In this document: one piece after another, positions 12,777 through 25,612 of the stretch | How positions within the stretch are numbered: position 1 is the stretch's first letter | How the letters are laid out: every line of letters starts with the position of its first letter | DNA from: Felis catus | Lineage: Eukaryota | Length of the DNA: 64,000 bases | NCBI RefSeq assembly: GCF_018350175.1 | Contig: NC_058373.1 | Coordinates: 107,200,001 to 107,264,000 of the forward strand | Direction: 5' to 3' | Translations under genes and position numbers: made by a program | Notes under the pieces: model-generated | Database searches by the model: none | What the model was told of the DNA's origin: nothing | Seen by the model: the letters and a program-made list of their open reading frames with translations, nothing else

Positions 12777-13030
12777 GGGGCGCCTGGGTGGCTCAGTCGG
12801 TTGAGCGTCCGACTTCGGCTCAGGTCACGATCTTGCGGTCCGTGAGTTCGAGCCCCGCGTCGGGCACTGGGCTGATGGCTCAGAGCCTGGAGCCTGCTTC
12901 CGATTCTGTGTCTCCCTCTCTCTCTGCCCCTCCCCCGTTCATGCTCTGTCTCTCTCTGTCTCAAAAATACGTTCATGCTCTGTCTCTCTCTGTCTCAAAA
13001 ATAAATAAAATGTTAAAAAAAATTTTTTTT
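12777..13030 (+). mobile_element. Feline SINE with internal 34-bp tandem duplication
   Basis: Canonical SINE body; TSD taaatatgtggtaca (12762-12776 / 13031-13045). Confidence 0.92.
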
Positions 13031-13555
13031 TAAATATGTGGTACAATTTATCTTGAACGTCACCTGGGCCTGGTTTATTTTTTATGGAATTTTAACTATA
13101 AATTCCATTTCTTTAGCATATATCAAAGTATTAGCATTTTACTTCTTTTTGTATCAGTTTTGGTAAATTGTATTTTTTGAAGAATTTGTGTACATTGTCA
13201 AATTTATTGCCATAAAGTTCACTGTGTTCTCTTACTATCTGTAGAATGTGTAGTAACATGACATTTTGAAACTCCTAATACTGATTTTTTGTGTTTTCTC
13301 TCTCTTTTATTGACTTTTTAAAAAGATTTTATTTTAAAATAATTTATACACCCAATGTGGGTTCAAACTCACAACTGTGGGATCAAGGGTTGCATACTCC
13401 ACTAACTGAGCCAGCCAGGCGCCCCTCTTTTATTGCTTATGTTTGCTAGGAGATTATAGATCTTATTATTCCATTAAAAATGAATTTTTAGCTATGATAA
13501 TTTCTCTATAGTATGTATACTTTCTATTTCATTGATTACTGTGCTCTCTTTACTG

Positions 13556-13667
13556 TTTCCTTTCCTTCTACTTTATTTAAGTTTAATTTGTGCTTTTTCA
13601 AGTTTTGTAAATTTCCTTTCCTTCTACTTTATTTAAGTTTAATTTGTGCTTTTTCAAGTTTTATAAA
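13556..13667. repeat. 56-bp tandem duplication (2 copies, 1 mismatch)
   Basis: tttcctttccttctactttatttaagtttaatttgtgctttttcaagttttRtaaa at 13556-13611 and 13612-13667. Confidence 0.92.
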
Positions 13668-13934
13668 ATAAAAGCTTATTGATTTTAATTTCTTTTTATT
13701 TTTCTTCAAGTAAGCTCTACACCCAATGTGGGGCTTGAACTCACTACCCTGAGATCAAGAGTCACATGCTCTTTGGACTGAGCCAGCCAGCTGCCCCTAG
13801 AGTACTGATTTTCAGCCATTCCTCTTTTTTTTTAAATGTATTCATTAGAGGCCATAAATATCCTTCTAAGCACTGCTTTAGCTACATCCCATAGCTTTTG
13901 GTGTGTTTTATTTGCATTATTCTTCAATTCAAAA

Positions 13935-14214
13935 AAAATTTTTTTTTATTTAAGTAGGCTCCACACCTAGCATCGAGCCCAATGCAAAGTTTGAACTCAC
14001 AATCCTGAGATCAAGACCTGAGCTGAGATCAAGAGTCCGAAGCTTGGGGCTCCTGGGTGGCTCAGTCGGTTAAACGTCCTGACTTTGGCTTAGGCGATGA
14101 TCTCATGGTTTGTGAGTTTAAGCCCTATGTCAGGCTCTGTGCTGACAGCTCAGAGCCTGCAGCCTGCTTCTGATTCTGTGTGTGTGTCTCTCTCTCTGCT
14201 CCTCCCCTGCTTGC

Positions 14215-14260
<46 letters not shown>

Positions 14261-14566
14261 TTTCTCAAAAATAAGTAAGCATTGGGGCGCCTGGATGGCG
14301 CAGTCGGTTAAGCGTCCGACTTCAGCCAGGTCACGATCTCGCGGTCCGTGAGTTCGAGCCCCGCATCAGGCTCTGGGCTGATGGCTCAGAGCCTGGAGCC
14401 TGTTTCTGATTCTGTGTCTCCCTCTCTCTCTGCCCCTCCCCCGTTCATGCTCTGTCTCTCTCTGTCCCAAAAATAAATAAATGTTGAAAAAAAAAATTAA
14501 AAAAAAAATAAGTAAGCATTAAAAAAAAAAAGAGATGCTTAACTGAATGAACCACCCAGGCACCCC
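13935..14566. mobile_element. Triple-nested SINEs
   Basis: A minus-strand SINE is split by a plus-strand SINE (from 14046). The tail of that SINE holds a young SINEC_Fc (about 14284-14508) flanked by aaaaataagtaagcatt duplications. Confidence 0.85.
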
Positions 14567-15120
14567 AGTTCAAAATATTCTCTAATTTCCTTTGTGATTT
14601 CTTCTTTGGCCACAGGTCATTTAGAAGTATGTTCCTTAATTTTAACACATTTTGGGATTTTCTCCTTATATTTCTGTGTCGATTTCTAATAGTTGGAAAA
14701 TATACTCTGTATAATTTCAGTCCTTTGAAATTTGTTGAGTTTTGCTTTATAACCCAGCATATGGTCTATTTTGGTGTGCTCTTGAAAAGAATGTGTATTC
14801 TGCAATTATCCGGCACAGTGTTCTCTGAGTTTCAATTAGGTCAAGTTGCTTAACAGTGTTGTTTAAATATATTTTCATTGACAATTTGGTCTTTTTGATT
14901 TTGGTTACTAGGAAATGTGTGTTAAAATCCCTAATTATGGGGACACCTGGGTGGCTCAGTTGATTGAGTGTCCCAAGTTCACCTCAGGTCAAGATCTCAG
15001 GTCAAGATCTCATGGTTCATGAGTTCGAGCCCCTGGGGCTTGAACATGGGATTCTCTGCTATCAGCACAGAGCCTGCTTTAGATCCTCTGTCTCCCTCTG
15101 TCTGTGCCCCTCCCCCACTA

Positions 15121-15161
<41 letters not shown>

Positions 15162-16119
15162 CACACACTCTCAAAAATGAACATTAAAAAAAACAATTAT
15201 GATTGTGATTTCATCTATTTCTCTTTTTAGTTTACTTAATTTTTGTTTCATATATACATATTTTTTAATATTTATTTTAAAAGAGAAAGAGAGAGGGTGG
15301 GTGTGAGTGGGGGGTTGGGGCAGACAGAGAGGAGATAGAGAATCCCAAGCAGGCTGTCAGCACAAACACGATGCTCCATCTCATAAGCCATGAGATCATA
15401 ACCTGAGCTAAAATCAAGAGTCAGATGCTCAGCCTACTGAGCCACTCAGGTGCCCCTCATGTATATTTTTAAATATTTTATATGTAAGGAATATCTATGC
15501 CCAATGTGGGGCTCGTACCTACAACCCTGAGATCAAGAGTCACATGCTCCACTGACTGAGCCAGCCAGGAGCCCTAATTTTTGGTTCATATATGCTAAAG
15601 CTATGTTATTATGTCCATACAGACTTAAGATTGTTAGGTTTTCCTATTGAACCAGTGCTTTGATTATTATGAAATGTTCTTTCTTATTTCTAGCAACACT
15701 TCTTGCCTGAAAGTACATTTTGTCTTATAAATATGTCATGCCAGCTTTCTTTTGATTAATGTTTTCATGCTATGTCTTTTTTTCACCCTTATACTTTCAA
15801 GTTATCTGTGTCTTGATGTTTAAGTGTATTTCTAATGAACAACATAGTCTTTTCTGAAAAACTGACATCCACTTACTTATAATGAGCTTATTGACATAAT
15901 TGGGTTTAAATCTACCATCTTCTATTTGTTTTATTGATTTCATTATCTTTACTCTTCCTTCCCGTTTTCTTTTATAGTAATTAAGTCTCTATTTTATTTT
16001 GTCTCCATTTAATTTTTGTTATTTAGTATCTTTTTAAAGAAATTACCAAATGGTATATATTTTTTCATTTTTTTTTCTTAATGTTTTACCAAATGGTAAG
16101 TTTAAAATATTAAGTCCTT

Positions 16120-16892
16120 GGGACTACCTAGGCGGCTCAGTCAGTTAAGTGTCCGACTTCGGCTCAGTAATGATCTCACAGCTCCTAAGTGTGAGCCCTG
16201 CATCAGGCTCTGTGCTGACAGTTCAGAGCCTGGAGCCTGCTTTAGATTCTTTGTCTCCCTCTCTCTCTGCCCCTCCCCTGATTGTGCTTTGTCTCTCAAA
16301 AATAAATAAACATTTTTTAAAAATTAAAAAAAAGTTTTAGAGTTAATTAACATAAATATAGCAAAATTCTTTTTTTTTTAATTTTTTTTTTTTAACATTT
16401 ATTCATTTTTGAGACAGAGAGAGATAGAGCATGAACAGGGGAGGGGCAGCGAGAGAGGGAGACACAGAATCGGAAACAGGCTCCAGGCTCTGAGCCGTCA
16501 GCACAGAGCCCGATGCGGGGCTCGAACTCACGGACCGCGAGATCATGACCTGAGCCGAAGTCGGATGCTTAACCGACTGAGCCACCCAGGCGCCCCTAGC
16601 AAAATTCTTAAATCTATTCCTAGGCTATTAGATTTTTTTTTTTCAACGTTTATTTATTTTTGGGACAGAGAGAGACAGAGCATGAACGGGGGAGGGGCAG
16701 AGAGAGAGGGAGACACAGAATCGGAAACAGGCTCCAGGCTCTGAGCCATCAGCCCAGAGCCCGACGCGGGGCTCGAACTCATGGACCGCGAGATCGTGAC
16801 CTGGCTGAAGTCGGACGCTCAACCGACTGCGCCACCCAGGCGCCCCTGTTTCCCTTTTTTTTTTTAAAAATATAGTTTATTTATTTATTTTT

Positions 16893-16929
<37 letters not shown>

Positions 16930-17084
16930 AAGCAGTGGAGAGGCAGAAAGAGATGGAGAGAGAGAGAATCCCAAGCAGGTTTGCACTGTCAGCGCAGAGC
17001 CTGATGCAGTCTCAAACTCTTGAACCGTGAGATCATGACTTGAGCCGAAACCAAGAGTCTGACGCTAAACCGACTGAGCCACCC
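16120..17084. mobile_element. Cluster of four CAN-SINEs (one +, three -), including a young SINEC_Fc at 16633-16846
   Basis: Canonical SINE heads and tails. Confidence 0.88.
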
Positions 17085-18068
17085 ATGAATATCTTTCCCT
17101 TTAATTGAGCATAGAGTCATCTGGGAGTTGAATGTGGCTGTGGAAAAGATACTTGGAATCTTACAAAATGTTAGGGGCCTTATTCACTCCATTTGTATTC
17201 CCGCCTTCATTTGTACAGTTCCTATGCATTTCAAAGAGTTTTCTCAGTGCTGACAGGGAAGGAAGAACTGCTAAATTGGAAGCTTTTAAACAGATCAAGA
17301 TTTTTAGCATATTCCAAACATGGTCAGATTTGATGCATATAAATCTCAACCACATCACAATGTTGATGGGATCGTTCATTTCTTTTCTTCTTAGCAAAGA
17401 TAACTGTCATTCCCAAACACAGATCAGACATTTAGCCCTCACAACTGTAGTAATCAAAATAGAGAGTGATCAGCTTATCCAGTTTCCCATCTGTGCTTCA
17501 GCTGTGATGTTTAATTTTCATTTCCTCCTTCCCATTGACATCCTAACCCAGCCAGGGAGGTCTGATAGCCCTTTCCAGGGGATGTTGTTACTTCCTCATT
17601 CTTACATAAGAGCCGGAATTCCATTTGGAAAGAGAAATTACACTGGGCTTAATCAATAACCTCAAAGAATTAAGAGAAAAAAAATTACCTGTTATTTGAC
17701 TGTAATATGTATTTGATGGCTATGATTTGTGTTCTTGTGTTAATTGTAGGATCCTAGAATTAGATTAACTATTGTTAACATCTAAAATTGATTTAAATGC
17801 AAAAAGAATCAATACATGAGCTAAATGTTTAAATATCTCGACACTAACAAGAGACTGAGTCTTCCACTGAATTATTCTTTTCTTTCTGCATTTGAAAACA
17901 ATGCACCTATCTAGGGGAGATGAAAAAATACTGACTGTTGTAAAGGACAATGTAAATAACCCTCCATCATAAAAAGGAAGGTAGTGCCACAGGTGGTATA
18001 GCCAGGAGACAGGGGTGCAAGAGCACCTGACTTCAGGGGTCCCAAACAGACCAGGTTCAACCATTTTC

Positions 18069-18667
18069 TGCTGACAAAATCCAAAGTCAGAAAGACCAGT
18101 GGCAATGAAACAAGAAAGGAATTTATTTCAATGAGGCCAACACTGGGAAGACCGCAGACGAGCATCTCAGAAACTGTCTCCAAAGTGCCAAAAATACTTC
18201 CTTTCAGGTTTGTATAAGGAAAATATAGGGGAAGGTGGGTGGGTGGGTACGTAAAGGTGGGCAGTGAAGGTCAAATTGATCTTTGTCTTGGGAGTCAATC
18301 ATAGATGGGGTCTTGCTGGCTCAGGGCAGTCCTTACTGCTTGAGCAAGTCGTTTCTTCCCATGTAGGGGATTCTTTGCCCTCAAGGTCTTTCTTCCAGAA
18401 AGAAGAATGCAAATAGAAAGTTTGAGTTCAAGGGGCGCCTGGGTGGCTCAGTCAGTTAAGCCTCAGACTTCGGCTCAGGTCATGATCTCATAGTTCTTAA
18501 GTTCAAGCCCCACATGGGGCTGCTGATGGCTCAGAGCCTAGAGCCCGCTTCGAATTCTGTGTCTCCCTCTCTCTTTGCCCCTCCCCTGCTCCTGCTCTGT
18601 CTCTCAAAAATAAATGAAAAAAAAAAAAGTTTGAGGTCAAAACGGAGGCAGCTAAAGTCCTCCTTCA
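18069..18667 (-). mobile_element. Probable solo ERV LTR, interrupted by a SINE (about 18432-18628)
   Basis: TG...CA termini and a poly(A) signal (tttatt, about 18122) roughly 50 bp from one end. The SINE is flanked by the aaagtttgagKtcaa duplication. No TSD was found for the LTR itself. Confidence 0.45.
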
Positions 18668-18829
18668 GTGGGAAGAATAAGGAGTAAGTGTAGCAAAACT
18701 AAAAATCTTAGCATTAAATTTGGCAAAAGATTATAGTAATTATAATTGCTAATGTTTTTGAGCACTTGCTGGATGTTTGACAGTTTTTGTTCTCATTCAG
18801 TCTTCACAACAACCTTATGGAACAAGTAC

Positions 18830-19236
18830 CAAGAAGGTCTGGAAGGATCTGCCTCCACCAAGTCACAGGCTGGGTTTGTGAAAAATGATTAAAGAAGACA
18901 ACTTAGATGACACAAATGAACTTTATTTAACACTTCATGAAGTGGCAGTCTCCATTCCCAAGGGTCCAGAGAATTTCAAAATGGAGTGAAGGTGAGGGGC
19001 TTTTATTAGGAAAAAGTATAAAGGACAAGAAAGGGGAAAATGAAAAATAAACAAAGAACAAGGGTGTTAAGTATGCAGCCCAGAGTTGGCATGGTATTGG
19101 GGATTGACTGATTAGATGTGCTGCATTTGAATCAAGTGAAACCTTTATAAGGATGCGAAAGTTATCTAAGTTTGTTTCCTGATGTGGCGTCCTGGGAAGG
19201 AGTGACTCCATCGTGGGTCTGGAAATGTATTGCAAT
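18830..19236 (-). mobile_element. Probable second solo LTR (ERV1-like) inserted in a MIR
   Basis: On the + strand: tttatt (poly(A) signal), cttttat (TATA-like), gattg boxes and gactccatc, in antisense-LTR order. MIR-like sequence lies on both sides. Confidence 0.4.
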
Positions 19237-19416
19237 TGGGTTGAAGCCCAGGTCTGCTGACTGCAGATCCAGATCTCTTAACCTGTGTGCTACGTTTCAA
19301 CAATTGTGATTCTAGATATTCTAAACAAATGGAGTCTTGATGGATTATCTTGACAGATAATCCAAAGACTGGTATATTCAGAAAGATATTGGAGTTGGCC
19401 AGTTACTTGCTCTTTT

Positions 19417-20062
19417 TGTTTGTTTTTGTTTTGTTTTGTTTTATTTTTTATTTTTTAAAATTTACATCCAAATTAGTTAGCATATACTGCGACAATGATT
19501 TCAGGAGTAGATTCCTTAATGCCTCTTACCCATTTAGCCCATCCCCCCTCCCACAACCCCTCCCATAACTCTCAGTTTGTTCTCCATATTTGTGAGTCTC
19601 TTCTGTTTTTTCTCCCTCCCTGTTTTTATATTATTTTTGTTTCCCTTCCCTTATGTTCATCTGTTTTGTCTCTTAAAGTCCTCATATGAGTGAAATCATA
19701 TGATTTTTGTCTTTCTCTGACTAATTTCACTTAGCATAATACCCTCCAGTTCCATCCACATAGTTGCAAATAGCAAGATTTCATTCTTTTTGATTGCCGA
19801 GTAATATTCCATTGTATATATACTACATCTTCTTTATCCATTCATCAATTGATGGACATTTGGACTCTTTCCATACTTTGGCTATTGTCGATAGTGCTGC
19901 TATAAACATTGGGGTGCATGTGTCCCTTCGAAACAGCATACCTATATCCCTTGGATAAATACCTAGTAGTGCAATTGCTGGGCCGTAGGGTAGTTCCATT
20001 TTTAGTTTTTTGAGGAACCTCCATACTGTTTTCCAGAGTGGCTGCTCCATCTTGCATTCCCA
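19417..20062 (-). mobile_element. 5'-truncated feline L1 (ORF2 C-terminus plus 3' UTR)
   Basis: ORF 19823-20050 (QPLWKTVWRFLKKLKMELPY..AIALLGIYP..CTPMFIAAL) matches the L1 ORF2p C-terminus; 14-bp TSD ttacttgctctttt (19403-19416 / 20063-20076). Confidence 0.92.
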
Positions 20063-20604
20063 TTACTTGCTCTTTTATTTCACTAACTTAAGTCTCAGAA
20101 ACTCTCTTGTTAAATGTGATACCCTCATAATCCTAAATTTTGTTTGTTGAATTGGATTCTACAATTGAAATGGTGAAATTCACACAAAAAAATGTTAACA
20201 TATTCATGGAGCGTCTGCGTGGCTCAGTCGGTTAAGCATCTGACTTTGACTCAGGTCACGATCTCACGGTTCATGAGTTCGAGCCTGCATCGGGCTCTCT
20301 GTTGTCAGCATGGAGCCTGCTTCGGATCCTCTGTCTGCCTCTCTCTTTGCTCTTCCCCTGTGCTCCTCTCTCTCTCAAAAATAAATGACCATTAAAAAAA
20401 ATTGTAACTTCAGAGGGATTCTAGGATCACCTTAAAATTTTTTTTTAACAAATTCAACTCTTCTTTAGTATCTTGAAAGTTCTTAGAGAACTATTAGAAT
20501 ATATATAAAGTCAGAGGCCATAGAAACATTTATGGATCTGAGTTGGGGTGCTAAACCTAGTTCAGTGTGTGTGCACGTATGGCAAGCACACGTGTGTCCA
20601 TGGG

Positions 20605-20607
<3 letters not shown>

Positions 20608-20645
<38 letters not shown>
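20608..20645. repeat. (TG)n microsatellite
   Basis: Directly visible. Confidence 0.95.
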
Positions 20646-20648
<3 letters not shown>

Positions 20649-20728
20649 CACCCACATGTGAGCCTGTGTGAGGTTGCCTAGTTAGATGGAACTGGGACCA
20701 AATAAATTGTATTTAAACAGTACCTGTT

Positions 20729-20776
<48 letters not shown>

Positions 20777-23029
20777 GTTTATTTTTAAGACAGAGACAGA
20801 ACATGAACAGGGAAGGGGCAGAAAGAGGAGACACAGAATCTGAAGCAGGCTCAAGCGTCTGAGCTATTATCATAGAGCCGGATGCAGGGCTCAAATCCAT
20901 GAGTCGTGAGATCATGACCTGTGCTGAAGTCGAAGTGGGATGTTTAATGAACTGAGCCACCCAGGCACCCCACTGTGTCCCTGTTTAAAAACATTAAGAC
21001 CCTTTGGTGCAGATTCTCCTCGTTCTTTTTTTTATTTTCAAGTAACACTTGTAAAACCAAACACAGTTATGCAAATGTATGTCAAGTAGGACCCCTGAGC
21101 CCCTGGGGAAAGTGTAAAACAAGATCTTTTGTTACTTGACAAAGGCTACTCCTACCAAGAAACCTGAGGTTTGCAGAGTTGGACCCTGAAGGGTGAAGGT
21201 GGAGTTGAAGTGACTATATTTTCAGAAATTCCCAAGATCTAACATTTTCTCTTCTGTGGATCAACATTATTAGAACATCTCTGTAGGACTGAGATAATCC
21301 TTTGTTATATTTTATTTTAGAACAAGCAGGAGAGGGGGCAGAGAGAGAGAGATAGAGAGAGAGAATCTCAAGCAGGCCCCATGCTCAGCACAGAGTCCAA
21401 CATAGGGCTTGACCCCACAACCCTGGGATCATGACCTAAGCTGAAATCAAGAGTCAGACAGTTAACCGACTGAGCCTCCCAGGCACCCCAGGACTGAGAT
21501 AAGCCTGACCAAGACAAATCCATAGGAGAGGACACCAAGAGCCCCCAGCTGTAAGTTATCCCAGGTAAGAAAGTCTGATGTGGTGGCCTCATTCAGCAAC
21601 CACACTCAGAGGGTGTGGGTGGTCTTGGTACAGCAGGTTGGTGAGGTTGGATGGCCCTCTTGACATTGACACCTTGACATAGAGGGTGTGCTTTAATAGC
21701 AAATGACTGAGCTTGTGTGAGGGTAAAACAACACAGTTGGTACCCTAACCCTGTAGTGTTCTGGACTGAATACAACATTGGATGGAGTGGTTCATCCGTT
21801 CTTCTTCCAGTGATTTTAAAACTAGTTTTGTAACCCAAGCTATTGGAGTATAAATTGCAGAAATATTTTAACACAGACTCCAACTTTCCCAAATCTGATA
21901 TTCCACTTCAGATATTCAGGTTTTGACTACATTGATGATTATGTTTTGAGTAAAATGTTCACTTTAGATGAATATATGCCTTATTTGGAAATATCTTAAA
22001 AGTCTTAACATTTATTTCTTTTGAACTCCATTTGCTTTGCCAAAGATTATTTCAAATTTGGAATCATGAATTCCCACTATTTTGTCAAAAATATTTGTGT
22101 TGGATCTATTCAGAACCTCAAAAACCTCTGCCCATGTTTTTCTATCTCTGCTGCCATGGGAAGGTCTTTCTGCAGAAGCATGTTTGCAGACGTGTTTGGG
22201 TTGTGAGAATCACCCAAATCACACTGTGAAGTAGGCAGGAGAGGGATCAGTCTTCCCGTTTTCTGGCTGAAAAGTGAGGTGGGTATGTGACTTGAAGAAG
22301 GTCTCCCAGCTGGGCAGAAGTAGTGCTGGAACTTGAATGGCTCTTTCTGACTTTTAAGCAACAGACCCTTCCTACCCACTGTTATGTGCCGTTGATCCTT
22401 ATGAATAGTTTTCTAGACTGAAGTGTGCTCTTCAAGGAGGAGGCAGATCTGGGTTCAAATCTTGAAGCTTCCACTTCTCATCTTTGGTTGGGCAAAGTAC
22501 CTAACATCTGTAATCCTTAGTATCCTCGTGTTGAATGGGAAAAAACAATACTATAAATTTTGCATGGCTGTTAGGATTACGGAGCTGTAAGTTGTACAGC
22601 TGGTACTGTAGCGTTAGTGTAAGAAACACCATGCAGTCTCTCTTGATGGTCTCTAACCCTTGCAAATTTGGATATATTTACCACTAACTTTTTATGAGTA
22701 CACAAAGGACTGCAGCACTTTTTAGGTTAGCATGGAGTGGTACAAAGAACTCCAATCAGTAGACTAGCTCTAAGTACCATCTACCCCTAATAAAAACAAG
22801 GGTTTAACTTTCATTCATTCACTAACCAAATTTATTGAACATCGATTATATGGCAGGTATTGCTCTAAGCCCCAGGGAAACAGCAATAAAGAAAAAAGGC
22901 AAAAATCTCTGTCCTTATAGAGCTTACATTCTAGTGCACTTATTATACACCAGACATTTGTTCCAGTGATCAATGCTGTGTAATTCAATATCAAAATTAT
23001 GTAAAAATAATACTTGGGGAAAAGTTGGC

Positions 23030-23455
23030 TATCAATTATTTTGCTCCATGTGGTATTGACTGGGGTCACTCGGTCCTATTCACCTGATAGCTGGTTTAGT
23101 CTGGAGGGTCCAAACAGGCTCACTCAGATGCCTGACACCTTGTCAGGATGGCAGAAAAGCTGAACTCAGTACAACCCCTCTTCATCTCTATGTAGCTTCT
23201 GGGTCTCTCCACAGGGTAGTCATACTTCTTACGTGGCAAGTGGCTTTTCTTGGAGAAAGTGGTCCTGGAGACAGACCAAGGCAGAAGTTGAAAGCCTTCT
23301 TCTGACCCAGAGTTGGAAGGCAAGAAGCATCACTTCAACTGTGTTTCATTAGTGACAGGTGAGTGCCTTTGGTCAGTGCGGGTTTAAGGGGAAGGGAATT
23401 AGATCCCACCTTTCCATGGGAGGAATGTCAAACAATCTGTGGCCATCTTTAAGAT
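23030..23455. mobile_element. MaLR (MLT1-like) LTR relic
   Basis: Motifs ggctcactcagatgcctg, catcacttcaactgtgtttcatt and ggaagggaattagatcccacct...gggaggaatgtcaaa. Confidence 0.55.
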
Positions 23456-24009
23456 GCATTTTAACTGTATCTCATTTAGTCCTTACCACAATAACTCTAT
23501 GAGGTAAGTTCTCTTAAATTATACTTGCTTTAGAGATAAGGAAACTGACACGGAGAAGTTAAGTAACTTGCCCAAGGTTGCATAGCCAGTTAGTGGCAGA
23601 GCCAGGATTAAAAAGTGGTAATGTAGGGGTGACTGGCTGGCTCAATTGGTTATGTGTCCAACTCTTTGTTTTGGTTCAGATCATGATGATCTCATGGTTT
23701 GTGAGTTCGAGCCCCGTGTCAGGTTCTATGCTGACAGAGCAGAGCCTTCTTGGATTCTTGCTCTCCCTCTTTCCTAGCCCCTCCCCTGCTCACACACACT
23801 CTTTCTCTCTCTCTGTCTCTGTCTCTGTCTCTCAAAAATAAATAAATAAACAAAAAAGATTTTAAAAAAAAGTGGTAATTTAGCTCCAGAGCTCAATGTT
23901 TTAAACATTACATTTTACTCCCTCAAATGATTTGCATTACCTTGAACAATTGTTTTTTAAGTGGCTGGGTCTCAGTTCCTCATGCACAATATGAAAGGCT
24001 AAGGACAGA

Positions 24010-24920
24010 GTTATTTTCCATCCCATATGCATTAGAATGGCCACTACCAAAAAACAAAAAATCAAGTATTGGTGATGATGTGGGGAAATTGGAACACTTG
24101 TGTACTGTTGGTAGGAATATAACACAGTGCAGCCTTTATATAAAATAGTATAACAGTTCCTCAAAAAGTTAAAAAAAGAATTACCATATAAACAGCATTC
24201 CACTTCTGGGTATATATTCCAAAGAATTAAAAGCAGAGTCTTGAAGAGATCATCTGTATACCCATTCTCCTAGCAGCATTGTTTACAATAGCCAAAAGAT
24301 AGAAGTAACCCAAGTGTTCATTTTTTTTTTAATTTTTTTTTTACATTTATTTATTTTTGAGACAGAGAGAGACAGAACATGAACGGGGGAGGGGCAGAGA
24401 GAGAGGGAGACACAGAATCGGAAGCAGGCTCCAAGCCATCAGCCCAGAGCCTGATGTGGGGCTCGAACTCACGGACCGCGAGATCATGACCTGGGCTGAA
24501 GTCGGACACTCAACCGACTGAGCCACCCAGGCGCCCCCCAAGTGTTCATTTTTGAATGGATGAGCAAAATGTGGTATATACATACAGTAGAATATTACTC
24601 AGCCTTAAAAAGGAATGAAATTCTGACACATGCTACAACTTGGATGAAACTTGAGGACATTGTGGTAAGTGAAGTAAGTCAGACACAAAAGGGCCAATAG
24701 TGTATGATTCTACTAATATGAAATACCCAGAGGAGTCAAATTCATGGAGTCAGAAAATAAAAGGGTGGTTTCCAGGAGCTCAGGGAAGGGAGGACTGGCA
24801 AGTTGTTGTTTAATGGGTATAGAGTTTCAGTTTTGCAAGATGAAAACAATACTGGAAACGGTTGCTCAACAACGTGAATGTACTTAACACTATCGAATGG
24901 TACACTTAAAATGGTTACAG
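24010..24920 (+). mobile_element. Old L1 3' portion interrupted by a SINE (about 24321-24536)
   Basis: L1 motifs cattccacttctgggtatatattccaaagaatt and gaatattactcagccttaaaaaggaatgaaattctgacacatgctacaac; the SINE TSD is cccaagtgttcatttt. Confidence 0.85.
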
Positions 24921-25402
24921 TGGGGCACCTTGGTGGCTCAGTTGGGTAAGCGTCTGACTCTTGATTTCAGCTCAGGTCATTATCTCACAGTAGTCAGATC
25001 CAGCCCCGAGTCAGACTCTGTGCTGGTTGTGTAGCCTGCTTAAGATTCTCTCTCTCTCCCTCTTCCTTTGCCCCTCCTGACCCCAAATAAATAAATAAAA
25101 CTTAAAGAAAGAGAAAGTGAAAGCAGGGGAGAGACAGAAAGAGAGGGAGCGAGAGAATCCCAAGCAGGCTCTGCCGTGTCACTGAGGAGCCTGACACAGG
25201 GCTCAATCCTACAACCCTGGGATCAACCAACTGAGCCACCAAGGCACCCCCACCTCTTTATCCTTCAGAAAAACATTTTTTTAAATGGTTACAATAGCAG
25301 ACTTCATATTATGTGTATTTTGCCACAGTTAAAAGTAAAAATTTCATCTTCAACTTTTATAATTTTGTATAATTTCTATCCTATATCTAATATATATCCT
25401 TT

Positions 25403-25612
25403 GGGGCGCCTGGGTGGCGCAGTCGGTTAAGCGACCGACTTCAGCCAGGTCACGATCTCGCGGTCCGTGAGTTCGAGCCCCGCGTTGGGCTCTGGGCTGA
25501 TGGCTCAGAGCCTGGAGCCTGTTTCCGATTCTGTGTCTCCCTCTCTCTCTGCCCCTTCCCCGTTCATGCTCTGTCTCTCTCTGTCCCAAAATAAATAAAC
25601 GTTGAAAAAAAA
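25403..25612 (+). mobile_element. Young SINEC_Fc-like SINE
   Basis: Near-identical to the copy at 4188; flanking duplication taatatatatcct. Confidence 0.92.

Larger units (their letters stand above)
9400..16050 (-). mobile_element. Old fragmented L1 (L1M-type), antisense, carrying many nested SINEs and the FTL retrocopy
   Basis: T-rich L1 antisense motifs in colinear order: tccattctcctgctgatggacattt, ttacactcccaccagcag, cccaaggtca...cctatgttttcttcta, ttttctgtatctaatgagataattatatggttttt. Confidence 0.6.

Noticed and set aside
17132..17659. 175-aa ORF in the unique island
   Set aside because: No recognisable homology, domain or exon structure. More plausibly non-coding, though a protein search and Ribo-seq would be needed to exclude it.
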